Assembly: GCF_006345805.1 (NCBI RefSeq)
Contig: NC_042999.1
Span: 125,302,001 to 125,366,000, forward strand
Direction of reading: 5' to 3'
From: Octopus sinensis
Lineage: Eukaryota
Length of the DNA stretch: 64,000 bases
A model generated the notes under the pieces. The model saw only the letters and a program-made list of their open reading frames with translations, did not search any database and was not told the origin of the DNA. The stretch's first letter is position 1. Every line of letters begins with the position of its first letter. This document shows positions 41,901 through 54,439 of this stretch, in pieces. The translations under genes and the position numbers were made by a program.

Positions 41901-42507
41901 TAGATATATATATATATATATAATTAAACAACATTATTAAAGAATTTTGTCGCCTTAAATGTCTGATGCACTTTTTGATACCTCGAATTAATCATATCAG
42001 TTGATACTTTAAATGGTTTAATATTTGCATTTACGAAACGTATATACTTTGTCCGTTCATAGCAGGATGCCCGTGTTTTATGAATTGGGGCGTGGGAAAA
42101 TACAATTGAGAACCACTACTTTCATGCGACGTCACCAATTTATCCGTATCTCTTTGTATCGTTTCTGCCATCCACCGTCGCCATCTTATCCATCTCTCTG
42201 TAGGTTCAGCCACCTATGCCCCTCCACTAAACTAATAATTATTATTATTTCTAGTATACCTCATACTGCTATGGTCATCATTTTGAGGTCGATGTAATGG
42301 ACTTGCTCCTCCTCTCAAAATTGCTAGGCTCGTGCTAAAATAAGAAAGCATTATTTTTGGTATTTGCACAATGCATCAATCTTTTGTTTTGGAGAAGAGC
42401 AGTTATAGTAGAATTTCACCAACTTTAGCCCTCAATTTTATCCCAAAAGTTGCAGGGTAAATTCAACCCAAGCGTGGTTTGAGATCAAAACATTAAGAAT
42501 TATAACT

Positions 42508-42960
42508 TGTGACCCCGCTTCGTTCATGAATGACCATGGGATTGCACCTAGAATGTTACCCTCCGAGGCACAAGTCTGGGCAAGGTTGTTTATGGAAGAC
42601 CAGCAGTCGCCCACGCATACCAGCATCCCCTCTCCACGCCACCGATGTTATCCACAGACATGTGGATAACACTCCACAGACATGTGTACCCTTAATGTAG
42701 TTCTTGGGGAAATTCAGTGTGACACAGAGTGTGACAAGACTGGCCCTTTGAAATACAGGTACGACGGAAACAGGAAAAAGAGTGAGAGAAAGTTGTGGTG
42801 AAAGAGTACAGTGGGATTCACCACCACTCCCTGCCAGAGCCTCGCGGAGCTTTAGGTTTTTTCGCTCAATAAACACTTACAATGCCCGGTCTAGGAATCG
42901 AAACCGCGATCCTACGACCGCAAGTCCGCTGCCCTAACCACTGGGCCATTGCGCTTCCAC
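42508..42960 (-). mobile_element. Family-C tRNA-derived SINE with alternative tail
   Basis: Head matches 55202 onward. TSD aagaattataact (42495-42507) / aagaattctaact (42961-42973). Confidence 0.88.
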
Positions 42961-43283
42961 AAGAATTCTAACTAAATATCACAAAACACCTTTCCGAAGC
43001 ATAAGGATAAAGGCAGGTGAGATGAGAGGAGGAGAAACTTTCATTCAAACCTAAGGGACAGAATGTTCTGGAAGCGAATGTGGTGCGTTGTTCTTTTGTG
43101 GTGCGTTGTTCTTTTGCTTCGGGAACGAACAAGTCGAATGTCGAGAAATGGTTAATGGGGTGGCCAGGTGTATTAAAATGGTGGACTAGGACGAAGAAAA
43201 ACTTCCCTCTGTGTGTCTTTTCTCGTTGTAGGTTTTTGTCCAGAACGTCAGAAACTCCTCTCCTGAAAGCTTACAAACTAAAC

Positions 43284-43314
<31 letters not shown>

Positions 43315-43536
43315 CGCGATGATTTGTCACCGACCTTCTGTTCCCAACACATCCAGCGGGAAAACATTAAAAAGAAGTACATTCTGACTTCTTCTATATC
43401 ACCCCTGCGCGCCATTGATACTGTTCTGGAAAGAGTGGGAGGCTGCTTCTATTGTTTCAAACTATCCTTAAATGAAATGAAAACCACTCTGGGAAATTAA
43501 ACTCCTTTTATCCACCTCATCGTTATCATCCTTTCT

Positions 43537-43572
<36 letters not shown>

Positions 43573-44378
43573 CATTCCCTGTAACTTGCTTTTCGTTAGT
43601 GTGTTCTTTCTTTCAGAAAAATATAGAAATAATTTTGAAAATTATTCTCCTCTCCCAACCTTTTCCCTGACTTCCTGGACCACGTCATTCACCCCGTTAT
43701 CGTTTAATGTAGCAAACACCCCTCAAATTGATGCTTGCCTGCTTATAAGATTGCCAATGTAGTTTTACAGGAGAGTTGAAATCAGGAAAAAAAAAGTGGT
43801 TTCATCTAATTCATAATTTAATTTTTGACTCCTTCTTAGCTATCTACAACATCCTCACTCACTCTCTCATTCTCTCCACTTTAACGTTTTTGTTTGTTTT
43901 TTGGTGGGGGTGCATATATGTTTTTGGCCTTCTTTTTTTTAATATAGAAAGTATTTAAAGAATGAATGATGTAGAATTCCTTTGGTGGTGTCTAAAAAAG
44001 ATGGCAAGAGCTAAAGAAGTAGTAAAAGGGCGTTTTGAAATAGTGGATTATTATTGTATCAATTTGTTCATTTTGAAAGACAGATAAACAGTTGCTAAGA
44101 AAAAATAATTTTATAAAATGGCGTCAACTAACAACTACTTCTACCAGCACTACTACTACTACTAGCAGCGCCTTTCCATCCCTGTTTCCATAAATTAGTA
44201 GGGCTTATTGCACTAAGACAAAACCGCTATTTTATTTATTTACTTAACATTCCTCATATTATCACGAAAACGAGAAAGAACCAGTTGGGAGCGGCTGGTA
44301 GAATTAATTTCTATTTCCTCATCTTGTTCGCTTCTTTCCATTGCTTTCCTAGACATATGTTGGAATTGTATGAATTTT

Positions 44379-44454
<76 letters not shown>

Positions 44455-44456
<2 letters not shown>

Positions 44457-45107
44457 CACAGGCGTAACTGTCTGGTAAGAAATTTACTTCCCAGCCACAT
44501 AGCTCCGGGTTCAGTCCCACGATGTGGCACCTTAGGCAAGCGTCTTCTTCTATAACCCCAGGCTGAACAAAGCCTTGTGAGTGGATTTAGTAGACGGGAA
44601 CTGAAAGAAGCCCATTGGGTTTACTTAGTACTTCTTTAGCTTTTACCGTCGACATGATCAACATTTAACGTCCACTTTTCATGCTGGCATGGGTTGGACA
44701 GTCTGACAGGAACTGACAAAGCCAGGAGTCTCTTTTAGCTTGGTTTCTATCGCTGGATGCCCTTCCTAACAACCACTTTATAGAGCGTACTGGGTGCTTT
44801 TTACAAGTAACATTACCAGTGTTTTTACATGGCACCAGCACCCTATATATGTCTGTCTGTCCGTGTATGTATCTGCACGCGCCCGCATATGTAAATATCT
44901 GTTTGTGTTTGTCCACATCACGCTTGACAATCAGCATTGGTTTGTTTATGTCCCCATAACTTGGCGGGTAGGCAAAGGAGACTGATAGAATAAGTACCAG
45001 GCTTTAAAACAATGCGTACTGGAGTCGATTTGTTCAACTAAGCCTTTTCAAAGCAGTGCACTAGCATGGCCACAGTCAAATGACTAAAGCAAGCGAAAGA
45101 TAAAAGA
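44455..45107 (+). mobile_element. Family-B SINE with a nested antisense repeat (~44660-44840)
   Basis: Head 44455-44613 and tail 44895-45107. The insert contains CTGGATGCCCTTCCTAAC. Confidence 0.8.
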
Positions 45108-45622
45108 TGAGTGCAAAAGGTTCTCGAACCACGTCATGTATTGCAAACAAGCACATATCACAATTCGCCACTCTACTTTAACACCCTACGTATACAGCAA
45201 TTACAACGGCAGACTCTCTGGTTATTTATTAGATGAATGTTGAATAGGGGTTGTGCAATTTAGTCTACTGTTTCAGATTGATGTCTACACTGATCGCAGG
45301 TTTCTAGACTGCACAGCTTCCTTCCCCTCACATCTCTCTGAACTTTTCGGGAAACTAAATCTTAATATAATGTTTCCAGCAAGAAATCCCTACAAATGTC
45401 AAATTATAGAAGTGATTGAAGTTAGTGAGAAAAACTTCATTCGGTGTAGTTCTGCTTGTGATGTGACACCTGAACAATTCCATCCTGATTTTTATTCAAC
45501 CGGAGGTCAGAATCGATCTATACCTCTTGTGTGCTGTAAGGAGAGAGAGAGAGAGGAAGATGTGGACTATAGCATTTCAAGCAAGATCAGAGCTTCACTA
45601 GTTTTATTGCAGTTTTTCTTTG

Positions 45623-45624
<2 letters not shown>

Positions 45625-45712
<88 letters not shown>

Positions 45713-45722
45713 CTCTCTCTTC
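45625..45722. repeat. (CT)n microsatellite
   Basis: Directly visible. Confidence 0.95.
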
Positions 45723-45741
45723 TTCGTTTGTTTTCTCCATA

Positions 45742-45895
45742 CGGCTTAGTGGTTAGGGGGGATTGCAGTGATAACTGTACGATTGTAGTTTCGATTCCTG
45801 GATCAAGCGATGCGTTGCGTTCTTGAGCAAAACGCTTCATTTCACATTGCTCCAGTACACCTAACTGGTAAAAATGAGTAATCCTGCGACGGACA
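45742..45895 (+). mobile_element. tRNA-derived SINE with CORE-like TTGAGCAAxAC motif (related copy at 56450-56695)
   Basis: GGCTTAGTGGTTAGGG A-box, GTTTCGATTCC B-box and TTCTTGAGCAAAACGCTTCATTTCAC. Confidence 0.7.
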
Positions 45896-47169
45896 AGTGT
45901 GATGGTAGCTCAGGAAAATCATCAGAATGGAGTTCTCGCGAACCACGTCTTTATATTCAGCGATCGAAAAGACGAATAGTACGACCAAATGAAGCACCAT
46001 GAATGAAAAAGAATGGAAGTCGATTGTATTGTGAATACTTCCGGTATGTTGACAATGGAGGCTTTCTATTGGCTAAAGCTACATAACTTGAATGAAGGCA
46101 TGGGCAACCTTTTTCTAGGAGGACGCACTACTGAACAAAAATTAAGTTAGTTTTTCGTTAGACATCCCGTTCAGAAAGCAGCGCAGGTCACAGTTTGCCC
46201 ATGACTACTTTAAAGACTTGTTGATTTTTATTATTAATTTCGGGAGTAAATGAAAGTAATTTTCGTAAATAATATGCAACACTACATCAGTGCAGAAATT
46301 TATTTAATTTTAATTCTAGCAGTAGAAAGAATTTTTTAAAAAATCCCATATACCAAGAGAGCATCTACGTGGTCGTTTGGTACACTAGATATAGATAGTA
46401 GCCAAATTTCTCTTAAATTACACCGCACTGTCCTTAAATTGGACAGTATGGTATAATTTGGATATGGTCTTAAATATCTCCAAAGAAAAAACTGATTCAA
46501 CATAGATCTGATCGATTACGGTTGATGTGGAGATAAATAACAGTTTATCCTTTACAAATGTGAGTCTTGCGCCAATATATTTATTCTCTCTATCGTGTTC
46601 CTCCAGTTTAGTACACGCTACCGTTATTTTGAAAATGGCCGACATATTGACACAATGTTACAATGTATGTTAGCTCCGTATACAACATGCTAAGATAGCA
46701 AGTTTATTTATCCAAAGGAATACAGTAAACGTAAACAATTATCGGTAATGTATAAGTAATTTCACCTATACATTTTCAATCATTTTCTAGTGGCTGGGGG
46801 TAGCGGGACGACGTGTCTATCTCGTTGCCCATCATAGGTCGTGGTGGTACAGAATACCAAATGTGCTGCTAACGGAAACTGCCCCGTGTAAATATTAAAA
46901 GCCATGCTACTTTTATTTATATTTAAATTTGCATTTTATCACTCGCGCGCGTATGTATATATGTTATGTATATGGTTTGTTTTTTTATATGTTTTATGTT
47001 TTAAGAATGTAATTCTATATTTATGGTTCGTTTAAAAACAATTTGCTTCTTCTCGTGTACATATTACATATTTTAACTACGCATTAAAGATCATTTATTC
47101 GAATATGTCTTATTTCTTGTTTATGAAATAATTTTATACATACATACACACAGAGATACACACGCATGC

Positions 47170-47205
<36 letters not shown>

Positions 47206-47623
47206 CAGAAGATTAGAACATTTTTGGTACTATTTGTTCACCATTACATATGTTTCGTTTGCTAATAGGAGTTACAGAATTGTACATGTAGTAGAAAACA
47301 TGTGAGATATCTCCTATTATAAATTCTTCAGACAGAGAATAAAATAGTAAACATTTTACGCTTGGATGAAGCGTTTATATATATTTAGTAATCAGGAGTC
47401 CTTTAGACAGTTAAAGGGGAGAAAAACATATCTAGTAATCTAGAAAAGGGGGAAGGGGTTATTGAATAAAGTAGTGTACACATATACACAATTATGCATA
47501 TTCTCACACACACACACCACATAAATATAACATCTACATACGGATTTGGAATACTGTAATAAGCAGATGTACTTCAAGAGGATACAGCTTGGATGTTCAC
47601 CCGATCTACATACACAGTCTCAT

Positions 47624-47657
<34 letters not shown>

Positions 47658-48107
47658 TCACTCACTCACTGACGCACGCACACACTTGCGCGCTTTTGGT
47701 AGCCAATGCAGGTTAAGATTTCTGCATGGCTTCGTCGGAGGGGGAAGGGCAGCAACCATGATTCTTTTTAGTACCTCCATGAAAGGAAGAATGGAAATTA
47801 TCCCCAAACCGGAGTCCTGGCTCAAATGCGGACAACTTTATGAATGAAGCTTTTTTTATTGATTTTTCTTTTTCTTTCTTCTTCACAACAAACGGAATTT
47901 AGAAAAATCCCTTATGGATTTTAATCGAAAATATTAGTTGTTAAAGTGACTACATTCTCTTTTTACAAGAACTAATATTCCATCTTTGTGCTTGATCTTA
48001 ATATCGTGTTAGACCCTATGAATGATACCTAAACCAGGTTTGTCTCTATATTTATGTTCCCGTGGATACATTTTTATAAACGCCTCTCATATTTTTTTCT
48101 TTTACAG

Positions 48108-48548
48108 TTGACTCTTTGGGATACAGGCGGAATGGAAAGAATGAGCTTCATTGGTTCCAGCTACTATCGAGGAGCAGACGCTGCTCTTTTGTGTTACAGT
48201 TGTGAGAAGCGAGAAACCTTTACCATTCTTTCACAGTATATATTGGACGTTGTAATGAACGCTGAAGGTGCGAAGATCTTTTTGTGTGGTAATATGTGTG
48301 GAGATGAGTCAGAAAGTGCTGTCACTGAAGCCGACGTGGAAAACTTTAAAGAAGAATGCGACGGTGTCTTATCTGGAGTTTACAAGGTCTCCAGCCACGA
48401 TAACAAAAGTATTCTGGACATGTTTGAAGATATAGCCCGCGTTATGCATGATCTGCAAGTTGACCGCATTTCTAGTGGTGGCTTTATGCTCGTACCAGCT
48501 ACCGACGAACTTGCCTATAACAAGAAAAAGAAATGTTTGCTTTTGTAA
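48108..48548 (+). CDS. RabX6: Rab-family small GTPase (RabX6-like), coding exon 2 (aa 61-206, stop)
   Basis: Acceptor tttttttcttttacag|TTG is in frame with exon 1. Motifs: LTLWDTGGMER (G3), YYRGA (RabF4), AKIFLCGN (G4 region) and C-terminal KKKKCLLL*. Joined, the exons give ...IDIK|LTLWDT..., the usual small-GTPase beta2-beta3 junction. Confidence 0.9.
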   Translation: MTLWDTGGMERMSFIGSSYYRGADAALLCYSCEKRETFTILSQYILDVVMNAEGAKIFLCGNMCGDESESAVTEADVENFKEECDGVLSGVYKVSSHDNKSILDMFEDIARVMHDLQVDRISSGGFMLVPATDELAYNKKKKCLLL

Positions 48549-49455
48549 ATTTGAGGAAAAAAGAGAAGAGAATGAAAGAAAGAATGATTAAAGAATGAGA
48601 GAATGGTTACTATAAAGAGGTTTAAAAACTTCTCACAGACTTTGTGTTGAAATGTTTTATCACTCTTTCAGAAAGAGAATTTGATTTTTCAATGAAAAAT
48701 GGACTACCCTCATTATGCAGTCGACTAAACTCTTGCTGCTGTCCTCACACTCCAATTAACCACAATATTACCATTCAACCACATTTCTATTTTACAGGAC
48801 AGCTCTTTTGAAGTCACTGGTATAAAGTCTTTTAGACTTGCATTCTTTCAGAATTCAGTTGGACTGATACTAAGAGTTGTTTTCGAACCATTTCTTTGTC
48901 ATCACATTTTTTTTTCTTCAGATATTTCTATTTGGATTCATCTGTATTTAACCCTTTTCTTTCCAGCCCATTTTATGTTTATTCAGCAGTAAGATATCAT
49001 TTGCCTTAAATGAAATCATTCGCATCATAAACCTTTTCATAATATATACACATTGCCAAAATATTGTCTCGTGATGGAGAAGGAATGAACTATCTGAAAA
49101 ATAAAAAAAAGACATCGTAATTAGCCAAATGCATGACGTCATAAATGACCAAATCAATGACGTCATATAACCACGTAAATCTTTTTTTGTAATGCTGAAC
49201 TCAAAACAATATGCCTTCTGGAATAGTAGTCACTTTGATGTTATTCTTTTCATATTTACTAACATTTATGTCAGAAAATTAAATATTTTCCTAACAGTTT
49301 TCATCTGTATCAATTTTCACTCTTTTCTGCATAATTATCAAAAATAATTTTATACATAAAGATGAGATTAAACTGGATTGTTTAATATCGAAAACCCAAG
49401 CTTTTTTATAACTAATTTATCTCCATCGACATCATTCATAAATCAAGTTCACTGT

Positions 49456-49700
49456 AATAAAAGATTATTCTTTTGACGTGGTGATATTGAAAAGGGTCAT
49501 TACATTCATTTAATGTGATCACCCATAAATATTAACTATCTAACAAGAATACTGCATACATCTATATTTGCAATGTTCAATATATGCATTGTTAAAATCG
49601 ATAACATCCTGCATTGTCATGTCAATAAAAGACAAAATATTTTTCTTTCAACACATAATTAATATTATCGAGCGTTGATGAAAAGGTTTTATTGAATAAA
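49456..49700 (+). terminator. Candidate polyadenylation signals of the GTPase gene
   Basis: AATAAA at 49456, 49624 and 49695 (also 49100) in repeat-poor sequence after the stop. The site actually used is unknown. Confidence 0.3.
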
Positions 49701-51065
49701 AAGCCACGTGCGCTTATATGTACAGTATATGAACCGTTGGACGTTCCCCTTTATCCCTAATTTTTTGTGGCTTAGTCAAAGGAGTAAGGACTACGTTTTT
49801 GGGCCCTTCTCAAGGCCTCCGAGATTTGTAGGATGATGAGGAAAAAGTTATTTTCGAACCAAAAGTCTAGTTTGAATGCTTGCGACAGACGTCCAATGCA
49901 GGTTTTAAGCCGAACGATAGATTAAGTTTACAGCTTAAATTAGTAAATTAACCTCCTTAAAGTAGAATTTGAAAAACTGTTTTGAAAGAAGAGGGGATTA
50001 TTTTTTTTAAGAATCTTACATGAGTTTGGAAAAAAACAGGAATTCGGACTGTTATTTCTTTACGTAGTTCAGCATCAGGACGATTACTTGTGTCTAATAA
50101 AGAGAATGCATCATAGATATAATGATTTTGTTTCATTAAGTTGTGTAGAGGAGGACTCTCTCCAATATATTCGTGACGATTATCATTTAGGTGTAATGGG
50201 CAACATATGCATCAACTGGATTTGTACTCATAACAGTGATGCACCAGAATAGAAAATGTAAAATAGAAAATATAAAATATCTAAGCAATCGTTATCCAGT
50301 TTGTCAGTTTAAAATATTATCACGCTTCTCACTGGCGAAAAAGAAAGAGGCGAATGTAACCCTTACATGTTTACAATTTGTAGTCATTCCTTGCGCCTAT
50401 GATCGGAATATCTATTAAAACCGAAACAAGAGTAAAATATTTAATTACATGTAATAATAGTACTTTGGTTTGTGTCACTATGGAAACATAATGGTTTTGC
50501 ATGGCTCTGTAGGAATATCAAATATCTTGCTGCTAAAATGACAGGAGAAACATTATTTTCGTATACCCCATGACTCAGTGTTTTTCATTGCTAAACTTTA
50601 CAGACGATAAACTAAATTACATCACAACTTCATTATATGAACTGATATTCAAATTATTCCAGCCATAATCGTTAATCACAGCTCCAGCTTAGTTTTAACC
50701 ATTGCGACCAGTGTAATCTACACTCCGTTTCTGAACAAAATAAATTGTTTGTTCTATTAAGTAGCCTTTCCTTTTAAAAAATTTCTTTTCTCCAGGTTAC
50801 CTAACATGATTTTGATTTATACTGTCCGTATGGGTCGTTATTACCTCATCATGGGACTACTTCTCTGAATTCCGTTAGTTCTGCGTTCTATCACAATCCA
50901 TTCTCTCCCATGAGTTGTTCTGTTGCCACGTAACATTTACTTAGAGTGTTGTACTCTCATATAAGGCACTAAGTTGAATATAAATTCACAGACTACAGAT
51001 GAGAGGCCAACATCTCTATTTGATTCTTGAAAAAATCATCCGCTTGGTTTTGTTAACCCATACCA

Positions 51066-51134
<69 letters not shown>

Positions 51135-51290
51135 TTGAAGGCTATGTGCTGTTACTTTACGAATTATAGAGATGTGTGTGTATGTGATTTAGAGATTTAA
51201 TCTAAGGCGTTTGAAACTCATCCGACCGTATAAAAACCTTCGTTTTATTTCGTACTACTTATCTCAGATCTGAACTATATTGTTCTACTA

Positions 51291-51329
<39 letters not shown>

Positions 51330-51599
51330 TGTGTGTGTGTACACATGAGTGGGTGAAACATAAACATCAGAAATGCTTTGCCACTCGCAAAAACTGCAGG
51401 AGCTTCGCAGAGGTTTTGCAACCTCTCTAAATCCATTGTACTGCTGGAAACTCTTCCGTATCGTCAGCAGGTATCTCATGGTCACGGGCATTTCTATCTA
51501 ATCTATGGCCCATACGGACAATATAGGGCCTATACGCTTCACTTGAATAGGGCAGCGAGGACTGAACTAGTCTTCACCTACAGAAGGATTCTGCTTGCG

Positions 51600-51990
51600 G
51601 TCTTTTGTCAACTACAGCTATCTTAAGCTAGTTTCAACTACTGTGCCTATTCACTTGATGGCTTTCTTCAGTTGTCTAGGTTCCAGACCTATCTTCTGCA
51701 GGAAATAGCGCTCCGATCGAGATAGAAAGCCGTGGCAGCAGACTTCAATCGGCATTAAGGCTGCGTGCCAGCCCTTGACAAGTGCCCCGTCGAGTACGTT
51801 ATGATATTTCGATTTCTTTACCTAGTGGGAAATATCGAGTCTCTCCTCCCAGAGCACTGTGAGATCAACCACGGTGATCGTCTTTGTATTCCTGGAGAGC
51901 AGCAACATGTCTGGTTGGAATAATGTTACCATTATCTCTTCTGGGAAAATATGTCTGCCACTGAAGTCCACTTGCATCTCCAGTCTGGGG
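51600..51990 (-). mobile_element. Non-LTR retrotransposon relic, restriction-like endonuclease domain (HERO/R2-group-like)
   Basis: QPDMLLLS...VVDLTVLWEE...KKSKY...GW...PIEV..HGF matches the RPD...ELTVPWE...K.KY...EVG.RGF pattern, with in-frame stops. Confidence 0.8.
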
Positions 51991-52567
51991 CTAAACGCAA
52001 AATAGAAAATAGATTCCCTTTCATTGCTTTCAGACAAGAGTAAGTATGATATGAATAAAATTTCTAACAAATATTTTACCTATTTCACATTTAGAATGCA
52101 AGCTAATGCCGTTTTATCACAGATTTAATCATATTTCTGGCAAGTCAACCCAGTTAATTTAGTCACTCATGTAGGACGTTATCAATTCGTTACCCCCCCC
52201 CCATACACACACACTAGACTCAAACGTATGTATTACAATCAAAGCCAAACAAGACGAAATTATAGTTTATTAAAAATATATACTTTTCGTCTCTTTCATA
52301 CATGATCGATACAGCTATATCAGGCTTAATTAAATCCGTAGTAGACATCACATTGTTAAATCTCAATCATATATTATCAATGTCTATTAACCCCCCCCCC
52401 TTCCTGTTAAGTTTATCAGAAACAGACATCAACTGATTCCTAACACTAGCCATATAAAGTTATATTCTGTTTGGAAGTAGCCAAAGCTAACGTCATAATT
52501 ATGATGCGATTGAACTACCTGAACAAATGCCAATAGTTAGTTTTATTTAATATTAACAAAGCTCATA

Positions 52568-52765
52568 GCGGTGAGCTGGCAGAATCGTTACAGGCCAGAC
52601 AAAATGCTCAGTGGTATTTCGTGTCTTTACGTTCTGAGTTCAAATTCTGCCGACGTCCACTTTGCCTTTCATCTTTTCAGTGTTGATAAAATAAGTACTA
52701 GTTGTGTATTCGGTTTTCACCTTCTCCCCAGACTTGCTGGCCTTGTGCCAAAACTTTAAACCAAT
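52568..52765 (+). mobile_element. Family-A SINE
   Basis: GCGGTGAGCTGGCAGAATCGTTA...GTTCTGAGTTCAAATTC...CCTTGTGCCAAAA. Confidence 0.85.
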
Positions 52766-52916
52766 ATTAGCAACGCTCGGAGATTGCCATTACTTTTATT
52801 GGGAATTCATAGAAAATATTTAATATTGGTTCACAAGATATGTCTACTGTAAGTACTATGTTCGAGCTTGTGTTTTTGTTAGTGGAAAATGAATGCTTAG
52901 TCGTTAACATCTCCGG

Positions 52917-52989
52917 ATATATGTCCAATGTTTGGACATATATTAAATAATCTGTACGTCTATTGAATTAGACGTACAGATTATTTAAT
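52917..52989. repeat. Two adjacent perfect hairpins (12-bp and 21-bp stems)
   Basis: atatatgtccaa-tgt-ttggacatatat and attaaataatctgtacgtcta-ttgaat-tagacgtacagattatttaat. Confidence 0.9.
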
Positions 52990-53933
52990 TAATTTTTTTT
53001 AACTAAACGCTTTCAAACTTCCGATACTGGTAGAATGTGTCACATAGAACAGAATTTGTTTTTAACGTTTTTGACAGAATTTTGTATTTTAGAAGTTATT
53101 TCGTCAGAAGTTACATAGTGACAATGGACAAATTCCTGTTTGGTAAGTGCCAACACATGAAACTCTCAGCTTTTGATTTACTAAAGTCTGCCGATGATAT
53201 ATATACATATCACACATATGTGTAAAAAAAATCTCATCACGCAATGAAAGAGCGTGTCGACCTGGTCGCTCGACACGCTAAAAATAGCACGCCCATTGTA
53301 TGTAATATCCTAGATTATCCCAAAAAGACGGTTTGCTGAATGTTGGAATGTCTTTGATGATATGTTTGCAGTATCAGGTTTTATTTGAGGCTAAATAACA
53401 ACATTATGGTCAATTTCTATATCAACATTTGCACAATTTTCACTAAGGAAAAAAGACCAAAAAATAGGATTTTTTTGCGTGGAATCAAGTACCTGACCTC
53501 CTAATATGCTGCAAATCTCTTATTTTGGTTCGGAAAAAATGAAATAGGGGTCCCCCCCACCCCAATCTCGGAATCATTGGAATTTTTTGGGGTTTTTTTT
53601 CGTTGGATGAATTCCTGTGACCTCCTAATATTGCAATGAGGCTGGTAACTGATGGTGTTGGGGTCTTGTTGTTTGTAACTTTTGGTGAGCCATGGTGCAA
53701 CCAACAACATGGTAGAAATCCCTGCCCATTATTTGGTGGGATGGTTAATATCAAATAATTCAATCACAATATATATTTTAATTAAACACGAAAAAAAAGT
53801 GAAACATTATCATCACTTACATGGAAAAATTGAAATATTATCTTTCAGTATTTTATAATGTAAAATCTTAAATTATTAATTGACACATTATTAATTATCT
53901 TATAACAGTAAGGCTTGGAAAAATCATGAATTA

Positions 53934-54429
53934 TATGGGAAAATGCGAGCATGAAAAGTCATATTCTTAAGATTATAAACCTGGAAAAGTACAGGACAAG
54001 TTATTACACATGTAAATGTATAGGACAAGCTATTACTTCTAGTAAAGGATAAGAAACTTTTTTACTTTAAAATATTGCAGCTAAAATTAAAATTTGAATA
54101 TTAAAACTTATTTTATTATAGTTTACAAATAACACTATACTTATTTAAGTAAAATTTGGCTAATTAAATACAGAAAAAAGTGACTAATTAGACAAACTTA
54201 CAAATTAGCTGAACAGTTTTGTACAATAAATTTTAAACATGAGAACTGTAAAAAGTGATAAATTAGAAAAACTGGCATTCTTTGCCGCAATATTTTAAGT
54301 AAAATGTTTCTTATTCTTTACTAGAAGTAATAGCTTATCCCATACTTTTACAGGTGTAATAACTTGTCCTGTAGTTTTCCAGGTTTATAATCTTAAGAAT
54401 ATGACTTTTCATGCTTACATTTTCCCATG
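53934..54429. repeat. ~150-bp inverted repeat with ~190-bp spacer
   Basis: GCATGAAAAGTCATATTCTTAAGATTATAAACCTGGAAAA has its exact reverse complement at ~54374-54414. Similarity extends over 53934-54087 / 54280-54429. Confidence 0.88.
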
Positions 54430-54439
54430 TAATAATAAC

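Larger units (their letters stand above)
29054..48107 (+). other. 19,054-bp phase-0 GT-AG intron of the GTPase gene
   Basis: GT at 29054-29055 and AG at 48106-48107. The joined exons make a complete 206-aa GTPase with no missing segment. Confidence 0.82.

Noticed and set aside
42648-42669. Inverted TTATCCACA (DnaA-box) pair
   Set aside because: Eukaryotic SINE junction, so the match is coincidental.
45253-45756. 167-aa ORF and possible cryptic exon inside the intron
   Set aside because: No recognisable domain, it ends in a (CT)n translation, and the GTPase is complete without it.
48054-48107. N-terminal part of ORF 48054..48548
   Set aside because: It is the intron's polypyrimidine tract and acceptor. 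GTPase similarity starts at 48108.
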